DNA of 64,000 nucleotides from Parcubacteria group bacterium. Its GTDB lineage: Bacteria > Patescibacteriota > Minisyncoccia > Phycocordibacterales > UBA2135. How positions within the stretch are numbered: the stretch's first letter is position 1; each line of letters begins with the position of its first letter. The position numbers and the translations under genes are program-made. The notes below the pieces were generated by a model. The model searched no databases. It was not told the origin of the DNA and was given only the letters and a program-made list of their open reading frames with translations. Of the stretch, positions 34,581 to 46,827 are shown one piece after another. The stretch is taken from contig JACPBB010000002.1 of the NCBI GenBank assembly GCA_016180525.1, forward strand, positions 225,044 to 289,043, in the 5' to 3' direction.

Positions 34581-36383
34581 ATGGCTTTTTTAGACTATCT
34601 TGTTCAAAAAGGAATTTTAGAGTCGCGTGATATTGATACAATTATAGAAGAAAGCGCCGACTCGGGAGACATAGAACCCGCATTACAAAAGCGCGGCATT
34701 CCCGAGGAAAAACTTTTAAATCTTAAGGCGGAATATTTTGGTGTGCCTGCCAAAAATATTGACCCAGCGGCCGTTTCCGCCGAACTGTTGCGGTACATAC
34801 CGGAAGAATCGGTGTTACATTATCATTTTATTCCCATTGGATTTGCCGATGGCGTGCTTGAGGTTGGCGTCATTGATCCCGACAACATGGAGGCACGCGA
34901 TGCGCTCCAGTTTATCGCTTCAAAACTCGGTGTCCCATTTAAAATATTTCTTATTTCCAAATCAAATTTTGATGCGTTACTTGAAAACTATCGCGGATTA
35001 ACTGGGGAAGTACACCAGGCTCTTTCAGAAATTGAAAGCGAGGTACAGTCGGAAAACGCACCTCCCGTGCCCGTGCCGTCCATAAGTGACCTGCAATCAG
35101 GAAAAAACATCGGTACGAATAAGAAAAAAATATCCATAAATAAAAACGGATTGCCGACCGATAAAATTACGAATGACGTCAACATTGGCAAAGGGGTAAT
35201 TCTAGAAGATGCTCCTGTTACAAAAATTGTTGGTGTTATTTTACGGCATGCGATTGACGGAGGAGCTTCGGATGTTCACATAGAGCCGACTGCCAAAAAT
35301 ATTCGCGTGCGCTTTAGGGTAGACGGAGTTTTATACACGAGCTTACAGCTTCCCTCGGCTGTTTTAAACGCAGTTGTCGCACGGATTAAAGTTATGGCGA
35401 ATTTGAAACTTGATGAAAAAAGGAAACCACAAGACGGAAGATTCCCCATGAAGCTAGAGGAAAGGACCATTGATCTGCGCGTTTCCACTTTTCCTACGTA
35501 TTATGGGGAAAAGGTAGTTATGAGAATCTTAGACCCACAGCGGGGCGTTGCCGAACTTGAAAAAACGGGTCTTTCTGAAGAAAATATTAAAAAAATACGC
35601 GAAGCGATTAAACGTCCTTACGGAATGATTTTGCTTACTGGCCCCACTGGTTCTGGAAAGACGACGACTCTCTATGCCATGTTAAAAGAACTTGACCGTG
35701 ACAAGAAAAATGTTGTCAGTCTTGAAGATCCCGTAGAATATACGATTGAGGGCGTGAGTCAGTCACATGTTCGACCAGAAATTGGATACACATTTGCGAC
35801 TGGTTTGCGCACTACGCTTCGTCAAGATCCAGATGTGGTTATGGTGGGGGAGATTAGAGATAAGGAAACCGCAGAACTAGCGATTCAAGCGGCGCTTACG
35901 GGACACCTTGTACTCTCAACGCTCCACACGAACAACGCTGCTGGAGTTGTGCCAAGACTTGTAGACATGGGCATTGACCAATATCTTATAGCGGCAACCC
36001 TTGCAGTCGCGATTGCGCAGCGTCTTGTAAAAGTAATTTGCCCTGATTCTAAAAAGCCAGTGCCGGTTACGGAAAGCATCAAGGTAATGGCAGAAAAGTT
36101 ATTTGCGGATCTTCCCGCTGAATTTAAAAAACAAATTCCCCGTATGAAAAATGTCTATGAAGCGGTGCCGTCGGAGAGTTGCCCCGGTGGTACCCGTGGC
36201 AGAACAGGCGTTTTTGAGCTTTTTGTGGTTGATCGGGATATGGAAAAAGTGATACTGACAAACCCCGTTGAGTCTGAAATATTTAGGGTGGCGCGGGGAC
36301 AAGGAATGCTTACTATGAAAGAAGATGCCCTCATTAAAGCATTAGAGGGTGTAATCCCTTTTGGTGAAGTTAACGCACTGTAA
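34581..36383 (+). CDS. pilB: Type IV pilus assembly ATPase PilB (GspE family)
   Basis: N-terminal GSPII_E_N-like domain; Walker A LLTGPTGSGKTTTLYAML; Asp and His boxes; tetracysteine-like CPDS...CPGG region. Confidence 0.9.
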   Translation: MAFLDYLVQKGILESRDIDTIIEESADSGDIEPALQKRGIPEEKLLNLKAEYFGVPAKNIDPAAVSAELLRYIPEESVLHYHFIPIGFADGVLEVGVIDPDNMEARDALQFIASKLGVPFKIFLISKSNFDALLENYRGLTGEVHQALSEIESEVQSENAPPVPVPSISDLQSGKNIGTNKKKISINKNGLPTDKITNDVNIGKGVILEDAPVTKIVGVILRHAIDGGASDVHIEPTAKNIRVRFRVDGVLYTSLQLPSAVLNAVVARIKVMANLKLDEKRKPQDGRFPMKLEERTIDLRVSTFPTYYGEKVVMRILDPQRGVAELEKTGLSEENIKKIREAIKRPYGMILLTGPTGSGKTTTLYAMLKELDRDKKNVVSLEDPVEYTIEGVSQSHVRPEIGYTFATGLRTTLRQDPDVVMVGEIRDKETAELAIQAALTGHLVLSTLHTNNAAGVVPRLVDMGIDQYLIAATLAVAIAQRLVKVICPDSKKPVPVTESIKVMAEKLFADLPAEFKKQIPRMKNVYEAVPSESCPGGTRGRTGVFELFVVDRDMEKVILTNPVESEIFRVARGQGMLTMKEDALIKALEGVIPFGEVNAL

Positions 36384-36393
36384 TATAATAAAA

Positions 36394-36465
36394 ATAGGCA
36401 CTAGGCGTTAGGCATTAGGAAAAAACAACGATATTCCTAAAGCCTAAAGCCTAAAGCCTAGTATC
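36394..36465 (+). promoter_or_regulatory. Leader repeat copy 3, ending 4 nt before the pilT ATG
   Basis: TAGGCACTAGGCGTTAGGCATTAGGAAAAAACAACGATATTCCTAAAGCCTAAAGCCTAAAGCCTAGTATC-ATG. Confidence 0.7.
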
Positions 36466-37515
36466 ATGGAAAAAACAACTCTGGAACAATTAATTGATAT
36501 CGTAATGAAAGAGGGGGCATCAGACCTTCATATTTCTTCTGGCAGACATCCTACGATTCGTGTTGCTGGGGAATTGACCACTCTTTCTAAATACCCCGTT
36601 TTGTCAAAAGGAGACGCTTTGGAGATTCTTACACTTCTTGTCGGAGAGAGTTCAAAAAAGGAATTTCTGGAAACCCATGAGCTTGATTTTTCTTATTCCG
36701 CAAAAAACGGCTCTCGTTTCAGAGGAAACGCGTTTGTGCAGCAGGGTGCTGTGGGCATCGCGCTCCGTTTTATTCCTTCGCGAGTGATGACCCTCGAAGA
36801 ATTAAGTCTTCCTCCTATTCTTGAAACATTCGCCATGCGAAAGCAGGGATTTTTCTTAGCGGTTGGGCCGGTGGGTCAAGGTAAATCAACAACTCTTGCA
36901 GCAATGATAGATATTATAAATAAACAACGCACGGAACATATTGTTACCATTGAAAATCCTATTGAATTTGTTTACGAAGCCGGTAGTTCTATTATTGATC
37001 AGCGGGAAGTTGGTGTTGATACGAGAGATTTTCACATAGCCCTGCAGTCAGTATTCAGGCAAGACGTTGATGTTATTATGGTTGGTGAAATGCGCGGGCC
37101 TGATACTATTGCGACCGCGGTAACTGCAGCAGAGACGGGGCACCTCGTACTCTCAACGCTTCACACGAATAATGCTGCGCAAACCATTGACCGCATTATT
37201 GATACCTTTCCTTCGGAGCAGCAGAATCAAATTAGGGCGCAACTTTCTCAAAGCCTTGCCGGCATTTTTTCGCAAAGGCTTATTCCCAGAATTTCTGGAG
37301 GCGTAATTCCCGCCTATGAACTCTTAATAAATACTCCGGCCGTCGCGAACCTGATTCGTGAAGGAAGGACGCACGAGATAAATGTTGTCATAGAGACCGG
37401 CGCCGAGGAGGGAATGATTCATATGGACCGAACTCTCGCGGAGTTGGTTCGACGAGGGGAAATTACTCAAGAGAGCGCTCGGGCGTATTCTCTGAATACG
37501 GAGATATTTAAGTAA
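36466..37515 (+). CDS. pilT: Twitching motility ATPase PilT
   Basis: Walker A GPVGQGKSTTLAAM; AIRNLIREGK-like motif; 349 aa. Confidence 0.9.
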   Translation: MEKTTLEQLIDIVMKEGASDLHISSGRHPTIRVAGELTTLSKYPVLSKGDALEILTLLVGESSKKEFLETHELDFSYSAKNGSRFRGNAFVQQGAVGIALRFIPSRVMTLEELSLPPILETFAMRKQGFFLAVGPVGQGKSTTLAAMIDIINKQRTEHIVTIENPIEFVYEAGSSIIDQREVGVDTRDFHIALQSVFRQDVDVIMVGEMRGPDTIATAVTAAETGHLVLSTLHTNNAAQTIDRIIDTFPSEQQNQIRAQLSQSLAGIFSQRLIPRISGGVIPAYELLINTPAVANLIREGRTHEINVVIETGAEEGMIHMDRTLAELVRRGEITQESARAYSLNTEIFK

Positions 37516-37669
37516 ATTAAGAAGCGAAGCGACTATGATTTACTTAACCCTGTTAAATAACCTCGTTTGATAATTTGATTGCAAATTATCAAACGAGGTT
37601 CCCGCTTCGCGGGATTTAACAGGGTGATGATTTTTAAGAATTCGTTATCACTCGTTTAAAAAATCTATC

Positions 37670-38878
37670 ATGCTTTTTCAATACAAAGTTATTAATCAAG
37701 AAGGGAAACCGCAGGAGGGCTCGATTGACGCGCTTAATGAAGAAGTGGCTATTAATTCTCTTCAACGAAGAGGACTTACTGTTGTTTCAGTAACTAAAGA
37801 AAAAGAAGAATCTTTTTTTGAAAAGCAACTTTCATTTTTTGAACGGGTTTCCGTTCGAGATGTGGTTATACTGTCAAGGCAAGTTTCTACTCTTTTTACC
37901 GCGGAAGTTTCTGCGCTTCGTGTATTTCGTCTTTTGGCGGGAGAATCCGAAAATCCAAATTTACGAAAAAAACTTGGAATAGTGGCGGATGACATACAGG
38001 GAGGTTCTTCAATTTCTGACGCACTCTCAAAGCACCCATCTATTTTTTCTCCGTTTTATGTAAATCTTGTGCGCGCAGGAGAAGAGGCGGGAAAACTTAA
38101 TGAAGCATTTTCGCACTTAGCAGATTACCTTGATCGGTCGTACGAGCTCACCATTAAAACGAGAAACGCTCTTATTTATCCGGCGTTTGTTATCGCTACC
38201 TTCGTGGTGGTTATGATACTTATGCTTACTATGGTTATACCGCGGCTCTCCGCGATTTTATTTGAGACAGGGCAGGAGATTCCTATATATACAAAAATAG
38301 TTGTGAGTATAAGTGATTTTTTTGTGAGTTATGGGATTTTGGTTCTCATATTGTTGCTGGGAGGCGGCATCGCGCTCGGCAGATTTGTAATGACCCCTAC
38401 GGGAAGACACTCGTTGGATCGATTTAAAATCTCAGCTCCCTTTTTTGGCAAATTGTTTCAAAAATTATACCTTGCTCGTATTGCCGATAACATGCACACC
38501 ATGCTTACGAGTGGCATTTCAATGGTTAAGGGGCTTGAAATCACCGCTTCTATCGTAGGGAATGTCGTGTATGAAGACATATTGAAAAAAGCGGCAGAAG
38601 ACGTGAAGGGGGGAGATTCGGTTTCAAATTCTTTTGGTGGGCACAGGGCGGAAATTCCAAATATCATGGTACAGATTATAAAAGTGGGTGAGGAGACTGG
38701 AGAACTGGGAAACATTCTCCGCACGCTCTCTGCTTTTTACGAGCGCGAAGTACGCAATGTTGTCGATACTCTTGTCGGACTTATAGAGCCCGTGCTTATT
38801 GTAGGGCTTGGTCTTGGAGTAGGGCTTTTGCTTACCTCAGTGCTCATTCCGATATATAATATTTCGAGTGGGTTTTAA
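37670..38878 (+). CDS. pilC: Type IV pilus inner-membrane platform protein PilC (GspF family)
   Basis: Two GspF repeats; 402 aa; TM segments. Confidence 0.85.
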   Translation: MLFQYKVINQEGKPQEGSIDALNEEVAINSLQRRGLTVVSVTKEKEESFFEKQLSFFERVSVRDVVILSRQVSTLFTAEVSALRVFRLLAGESENPNLRKKLGIVADDIQGGSSISDALSKHPSIFSPFYVNLVRAGEEAGKLNEAFSHLADYLDRSYELTIKTRNALIYPAFVIATFVVVMILMLTMVIPRLSAILFETGQEIPIYTKIVVSISDFFVSYGILVLILLLGGGIALGRFVMTPTGRHSLDRFKISAPFFGKLFQKLYLARIADNMHTMLTSGISMVKGLEITASIVGNVVYEDILKKAAEDVKGGDSVSNSFGGHRAEIPNIMVQIIKVGEETGELGNILRTLSAFYEREVRNVVDTLVGLIEPVLIVGLGLGVGLLLTSVLIPIYNISSGF

Positions 38879-39106
38879 GAGAAAATAAAGAGCGAAGCGA
38901 CTCTATTTTTCTTACCCCCCCCTCACTCTTAGAGAGTGAGGGGGTGCTCAAATTTAACACTCGCTAACGCTCGTTTAAATTTGGCATGTGGATAATATAC
39001 GCACCTTATTTTATTGTATGGTATACTATATAGTACAACTGAGAATAATAATTTCTCAATTTTAAAATGTTTTTAGGTCGAGTTCAAAACAATAATTAAT
39101 ACATAT

Positions 39107-39565
39107 ATGATTTTTTATAAAAAAGGTGGAACCAGAGAAGGTTTTACTTTGATTGAACTTCTTGTGGTTATTGCGATTATCGGCATTCTTTCTTCTGTGG
39201 TGCTTGCCTCCCTCAACAGCGCGCGAGAAAAATCACGGGACGCAAAGCGAGTTGCCGACTTAAAACAGATTCAGCTTGCTCTTGAACTTTACTTTGACGA
39301 TAACAACAGCACATATCCCGCAACACTTGCCCCGCTTACAACAGGAAGCTATATCCCTGTTATTCCCGAAGACCCAAATGGAGCAGCGTATAGCTACTCA
39401 GGACTCGGAGGTGCTACATGTACTGATTATCACTTGAGGGCGACGCTTGAGAATGCGGCAAACCCCGCGCTTGATAATGATTCAGATGCGGCAGCGGGAA
39501 CGGCTTGCACGGGAAGCGCCGCAGATGCTGCCGGGACTGATCCGATATATGATTTGAAGCCCTAA
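39107..39565 (+). CDS. Type IV pilin (prepilin with class III signal: leader ...REG / FTLIELLVVIAIIGIL)
   Basis: G/F cleavage site, Glu+5, hydrophobic helix; 152 aa. Confidence 0.8.
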   Translation: MIFYKKGGTREGFTLIELLVVIAIIGILSSVVLASLNSAREKSRDAKRVADLKQIQLALELYFDDNNSTYPATLAPLTTGSYIPVIPEDPNGAAYSYSGLGGATCTDYHLRATLENAANPALDNDSDAAAGTACTGSAADAAGTDPIYDLKP

Positions 39566-39632
39566 CTCACTCCGCAGTTGATTTTGCGGATGACCGGGCA
39601 AGCGTTTTTGCGAAGCAAAAAGCGCTTTAGCC
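39560..39632 (+). repeat. Structured repeat E4 (paralog of E1); it overlaps the pilin stop codon
   Basis: CCCTAACTCACTCCGCAGTTGATTTTGCGGATGACCGGGCAAGCGTTTTTGCGAAGCAAAAAGCGCTTTAGCC. Confidence 0.6.
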
Positions 39633-39721
39633 GTAATTTGCTTTTTACTGCACGCAGTGCGTTAAACAAGCTCTGTTTCATCAGGAACGGGGCTTGTTTC
39701 TGTTGATGGTATAATGAATCT

Positions 39722-40552
39722 ATGATTTTATATTTTTCAATTCTTGTTTTTATACTGGGACTTATTGTCGGCAGTTTTTTAAATTCGTTTATTACTCGAT
39801 ACCAAACAGGGCTTGGATATGGCGGGCGATCTTTTTGTTTTTCATGCGGACACAAGCTGTCCTTTAGAGACCTTATTCCTATTTTGAGTTTCATATTTCA
39901 AAAAGGCCGTTGTCGGTACTGTGGGGCCCGTCTCTCGCTTCAGTATCCATTAGTTGAGGTTGTCACAGGACTAGTATTTGTTTTTGTAATTATAAAATTG
40001 GGCTTTTTTTTATCGCCACTCTACTTTCTACTTTCTACTTTCTACTTGTTTATTTTCAGTATTCTTGTCGCGATTGTGTTTTATGACATTCGACATAAAA
40101 TCATTCCGAATGCCCTCGTCTATTTATTTATTGCTCTTTCTTTCTCAAGCATCTTTTTCAATGATTTTTTGCTACAAACTACAAACCACAAACTACAAGC
40201 TCTCAGTGCAGGGCCAATTGTTGCCGCCCCTCTTTTCCTTTTATGGCTCATATCAGCAGGAAAATGGATCGGTCTCGGAGACAGTAAGCTCGCACTTGGT
40301 ACTGGATGGTTTCTTGGAGTATCAGGTGGGTTTACCGCACTTATTCTGGGAACATGGATTGGCGCTGCCGTCGGCATCTTGTTTATTATCGGAGGAAAAA
40401 TGTTTCGCGCATTTCCTTATTTGTCCCAAAGGTTTAAAAGATTTACAATGAAGAGTGAGATACCGTTTGCACCGTTTATTATTTTGGGAACATTAATCGT
40501 TTTTTTCTGTGACATTTCTTTTGCGGACATCCAATCACTGTTTATGTTCTGA
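39722..40552 (+). CDS. pilD: Prepilin peptidase PilD (A24 family) with N-terminal zinc-binding CxxC...CxxC
   Basis: CFSCGHKLSFRDLIPILSFIFQKGRCRYCGARLS plus polytopic TM. Contains the tandem repeat (CTACTTT) x3.9 at 40021-40047. Confidence 0.85.
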   Translation: MILYFSILVFILGLIVGSFLNSFITRYQTGLGYGGRSFCFSCGHKLSFRDLIPILSFIFQKGRCRYCGARLSLQYPLVEVVTGLVFVFVIIKLGFFLSPLYFLLSTFYLFIFSILVAIVFYDIRHKIIPNALVYLFIALSFSSIFFNDFLLQTTNHKLQALSAGPIVAAPLFLLWLISAGKWIGLGDSKLALGTGWFLGVSGGFTALILGTWIGAAVGILFIIGGKMFRAFPYLSQRFKRFTMKSEIPFAPFIILGTLIVFFCDISFADIQSLFMF

Positions 40553-40599
40553 TACCTACGAAATTGTACTAAAAATATACGAACAAATACAAAAAAAGT

Positions 40600-41238
40600 A
40601 TGAATTTACGAAAGTGCATTAAAAAAACATACGAACAAATACGAAAAAATTTCGCACGGTTTTCGTATAATTTCGTATATGTTCGTAGAGAAGGTTTTTC
40701 TCTCGTAGAGCTTTTAGTGACGGTTTCTATTTTTGTAATCGTTACAAGCATCGTGCTTATAAATTTCCCCTCATTCAGCAGTAAAATAGCTCTTGATAAC
40801 TTGGCACACGAAGTGGCTCTTTCGGTTCGGCAGGCACAAGTGTTTGGTGTTTCATCAAAAGAGTCTGCTATTGGATCAGGAATTTTTCCTAGCCATGGAG
40901 CGCATTTTGACATAAACCAAAATGCCAAATTTTCACTTTTTATTGATATTGATGAAAACAACAAATATACCGGCGAATCTGAACTTTCAGAAACGTTTAA
41001 TATTCAGCGGAGAAATTACATTAGTGAAATCTGCGGCTTTTTAACGTCCGCATCAAGCTGTACCCCGCTTGATGTTGTTGATATTGTTTTTACACGGCCG
41101 AATCCGGAACCAACACTTTTAGGAAAGGTTGGTGTGTCTGAAAATCTATATTCATACGCAACCATAACGATTTCTTCCCCGTCTGGAGCAACGCGTTCCG
41201 TGGTTGTATGGTCAAACGGACAAATAGCCATCCAATAA
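40600..41238 (+). CDS. Pilin-like protein 1 (prepilin-type N-terminal domain) with 32-aa leader
   Basis: MNLRKCIKKTYEQIRKNFARFSYNFVYVRREG / FSLVELLVTVSIFVIV. Confidence 0.65.
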   Translation: MNLRKCIKKTYEQIRKNFARFSYNFVYVRREGFSLVELLVTVSIFVIVTSIVLINFPSFSSKIALDNLAHEVALSVRQAQVFGVSSKESAIGSGIFPSHGAHFDINQNAKFSLFIDIDENNKYTGESELSETFNIQRRNYISEICGFLTSASSCTPLDVVDIVFTRPNPEPTLLGKVGVSENLYSYATITISSPSGATRSVVVWSNGQIAIQ

Positions 41239-41240
41239 AC

Positions 41241-41858
41241 ATGAACCTACTAAACTGTACTAAAAAAACATACGAACAAATACGAAAAAATTTCGCAATG
41301 CTTTCGCGTAATTTCATACATGTTCGTAGGAGAGGCTTTACCCTTATAGAGATGATTGTTGCTGTTTCGGTGTTTGTGGTTGTCATGGTCTCTGGTATCG
41401 GCGCGCTTGTTTCTATGATTGACGCTAATCGAAAAGCCCAATCGCTCCGTATTGTTATGGACAATCTCAATTTTGCGCTCGAAAACATTACCCGTAACAT
41501 GCGTGTCGGGGTTGATTACCACTGCGGCGCGGTCGGAGATTTAAATGTTCCGCGCGACTGCCCCGTTGACGGAGATAGCTTTATTGCATTTACAAACTCA
41601 AGCGGGGATAGAATTATTTTTAGATTAAACAGTGGAAGGATTGAAAAATCAGAAGACCTTGGGGCGAGCTTTTTGGGCATTACGGCTCCGGAAATTACGG
41701 TTGAAGAATTGCGCTTTTTCGTTCAAGGTTCGGAAGCAGGGGACGGGCTTCAGCCAGAAGTTCTTGTTATTGTAAGGGGCGTTGCCGGAGCAACTCCAGA
41801 GACAAGCACTACATTTAGCCTGCAGACCATTGCGTCTCAAAGGCTGCGAGACACGTAA
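41241..41858 (+). CDS. Pilin-like protein 2, paralog with a homologous 32-aa leader
   Basis: MNLLNCTKKTYEQIRKNFAMLSRNFIHVRRRG / FTLIEMIVAVSVFVVV. The leader region is about 85% nt-identical to gene 1. Confidence 0.65.
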   Translation: MNLLNCTKKTYEQIRKNFAMLSRNFIHVRRRGFTLIEMIVAVSVFVVVMVSGIGALVSMIDANRKAQSLRIVMDNLNFALENITRNMRVGVDYHCGAVGDLNVPRDCPVDGDSFIAFTNSSGDRIIFRLNSGRIEKSEDLGASFLGITAPEITVEELRFFVQGSEAGDGLQPEVLVIVRGVAGATPETSTTFSLQTIASQRLRDT

Positions 41859-41859
41859 T

Positions 41860-42384
41860 ATGAAAATTCAAAATTCAAAATTCAAAATTCAAAATTTTCG
41901 TGAATCCGCAGGGTTCACATTGGTGGAATCTTTGGTCGCGATTTCAATCGTTCTGGTGTCTGTCGTCGGGCCGCTTACTATTATTTCAAAAACGCTTTCA
42001 TTTGCGCGCTTTGCTCGTGATGAAATTACCGCATTTTATCTTACACAAGACGCGGCAGAGTTCGTGAGAAACACGAGAGATAACAGTATAATTGCAGGAG
42101 AGGATTGGCTCGCAGACCTCTCTGCGTGCGTTGGAGGAGTGTGTGCAGTTGACCCAACTGCGGGAATTATTTTTAGCTGTGGCGTCTCTTGTGACCCGCT
42201 CAAACTCTCTTCTTCCGGGGTGTATGGGTACACAAATGGAAACAACACTATCTTTACAAGAGAAATAACCATTGATGAGACATCAGGAAACAGAGAGGCA
42301 ACGATTGATGTAACGCTTAGGTGGCGACAAGGTCTCGCTGAAAGAAATTTTACAATACGAGAGTATATATTTAATTGGCAGTAA
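41860..42384 (+). CDS. Pilin-like protein 3
   Basis: MKIQNSKFKIQNFRESAG / FTLVESLVAISIVLV. Leader encoded by (AAATTC)x4. Confidence 0.6.
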   Translation: MKIQNSKFKIQNFRESAGFTLVESLVAISIVLVSVVGPLTIISKTLSFARFARDEITAFYLTQDAAEFVRNTRDNSIIAGEDWLADLSACVGGVCAVDPTAGIIFSCGVSCDPLKLSSSGVYGYTNGNNTIFTREITIDETSGNREATIDVTLRWRQGLAERNFTIREYIFNWQ

Positions 42385-42447
42385 AAATAATTTCAAATTG
42401 CAAATTGTAAATTTCAAATTTATAGTTAACAATCTGCAATCTGAAAT

Positions 42448-45014
<2,567 letters not shown>

Positions 45015-45096
45015 GTTTCTAAAATTTTTTTGACATATTTTTATAGATGTGGTAACATCAAACAAGATACGTGATTAAACCGAACGGAGTTTGCGT

Positions 45097-46464
45097 ATGA
45101 AATACTACGCATTGCCGCCGTATAAGAATAAAGCTGTAGAATTTATTTCTCTCATTTCTCGTGAAGATAGGGAAAGAGCGATTAAAGATGCTGGATACAA
45201 TACGTTTCTTCTGAAATCAAAAGATGTTTTCATTGATTTTTTGACAGACAGCGGAACATCGGCAATGTCCGACCGCCAGTGGGCCGGCATTATGCTCGGA
45301 GACGAAGCATATGCCGGAAGCGAAAATTTTTATCATCTGGAAGATGCTGTCAAAGACGTGTTCGGCTATCCGTATTTGGTGCCGACACACCAAGGGCGTG
45401 GCGCCGAGCATATTATGGCACAGGTTTTAATTGGCGGCAGAGGCGGCTTTATTCCGAACAATTTATATTTCACTACAAGCCGCCTGCATCAGGAAATTGC
45501 CGGCGGTACGTGGCTTGACGTGAGTATTCCCGAGGCGAGCGATCCGAAAAGCACTTGTCCGTTTAAGGGCAATATAGATGTTGCAAAACTTGAAACATAC
45601 ATTAAAGAAAAAGGACCAGAATCAATTCCGTTTGTGCGAATGGAAGCATCGGTGAATATGGCGGGTGGCCAGCCGTTTTCAATGGAAAACGAGAGGGCAG
45701 TAAGCGCGCTTTGTAAAAAACACGGCATATTTTTGCTCTTAGATGCCACGCGAATTGTTGAGAATGCTCACTTTATAAGAGAGCGTGAGGAGAAATATAA
45801 GAGTTGGTCGCTTAAGAAAATCGTGCGAATGATGTGCGCATTTTCCGATGGATGCACGATGTCGTCAAAAAAAGACCATTATGTAAACATCGGCGGTTTT
45901 TTGGCGACAGTACGAAAGGATGTGTTTGAAAGGGCGCGTGCTCTCGTCGTGGTATATGAGGGGCTTCATACCTACGGCGGTATGGCGGGTCGCGACATGG
46001 AAGCGCTTTCAATCGGCATAAAAGAATCGGTTGAGAATGAGGAGCTGGTTGCTCATTATGTGGGGCAGGTTTCTGTGCTTGCCAAAATGCTTCGCGATAG
46101 AGGAATTCCCCTTTGCGAACCGCCTGGCGCGCATGCTGTTTTTCTTGATGCAAAGCAATTTTTACCGCACCTCTCCCAGAGTGAATTTCCGGCGCAGACA
46201 CTTGCCTCGGAACTCTACATTGAGGGTGGCGTGCGGACCATGGAACGCGGTATTGTCTCCGGGCAGCATGGCAGTGAGCCATACGACGGGCTGGAATTTG
46301 TCCGTCTTGCTATTCCGCGGAGAGTGTACGAATTGGCACACCTTATGTATGTTGCGGATGTGGTGGAAACAGCATGGAGACGGCGTTCACACATTCGTGG
46401 GCTTGCCATGGTATATGAGCCGAAAGACCTGCGATTTTTCCAGGCGCGTTTCGAAAAAAAATAA
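45097..46464 (+). CDS. tnaA: Tryptophanase / tyrosine phenol-lyase family beta-eliminating lyase
   Basis: The N-terminal region aligns block by block with E. coli TnaA (FLLKSKDVFIDFLTDSGT ... GDEAYAGS ... GYPYLVPTHQGRGAE). Confidence 0.8.
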   Translation: MKYYALPPYKNKAVEFISLISREDRERAIKDAGYNTFLLKSKDVFIDFLTDSGTSAMSDRQWAGIMLGDEAYAGSENFYHLEDAVKDVFGYPYLVPTHQGRGAEHIMAQVLIGGRGGFIPNNLYFTTSRLHQEIAGGTWLDVSIPEASDPKSTCPFKGNIDVAKLETYIKEKGPESIPFVRMEASVNMAGGQPFSMENERAVSALCKKHGIFLLLDATRIVENAHFIREREEKYKSWSLKKIVRMMCAFSDGCTMSSKKDHYVNIGGFLATVRKDVFERARALVVVYEGLHTYGGMAGRDMEALSIGIKESVENEELVAHYVGQVSVLAKMLRDRGIPLCEPPGAHAVFLDAKQFLPHLSQSEFPAQTLASELYIEGGVRTMERGIVSGQHGSEPYDGLEFVRLAIPRRVYELAHLMYVADVVETAWRRRSHIRGLAMVYEPKDLRFFQARFEKK

Positions 46465-46527
46465 GATGAAAATAACCCCGTCTTTCTCGAGGCGGGATTT
46501 TTTTAGTCAAATCTTTTTATTTCTGAT

Positions 46528-46827
46528 ATGATTGAGTCAATGGATAAAAAAGAACTTCAAAAACTTGCCACGCTTGCCCGCATTGCGGTTTCTTCGGATG
46601 AATTGCAGACACTCCAAAAGGACATGGAGGGGGTTTTACAATATATTTCTCAAATTCAGGAAGTCTCTGCCGGCCATCATGAAACTAAAAACGGCTTCTC
46701 TTTACAAAATGTAATGCGAGAAGACAAAGATTCGCACGAGAGCGGTGCATATACAAAAGAGTTGCTTGCCGAGGCTCCGCAAAAAAAAGACGGCTATATA
46801 CAAGTAAAAAAGATTATTTCCGCATGA
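46528..46827 (+). CDS. gatC: Glutamyl/aspartyl-tRNA amidotransferase subunit C
   Basis: 99 aa; LATLARIAVSSDEL...; 4-nt overlap with gatA. Confidence 0.8.
   Translation: MIESMDKKELQKLATLARIAVSSDELQTLQKDMEGVLQYISQIQEVSAGHHETKNGFSLQNVMREDKDSHESGAYTKELLAEAPQKKDGYIQVKKIISA

Noticed and set aside
38970-38990. Sigma54 promoter in the recurring TTGGCATG motif
   Set aside because: No TTGC element at the -12 spacing in any copy. In two copies the ATG is clearly the start codon.
39562-39894. 110-aa minus-strand ORF overlapping E4 and the pilD start
   Set aside because: It overlaps a well-supported plus-strand gene (pilD) and a conserved structured repeat. There is no RBS.
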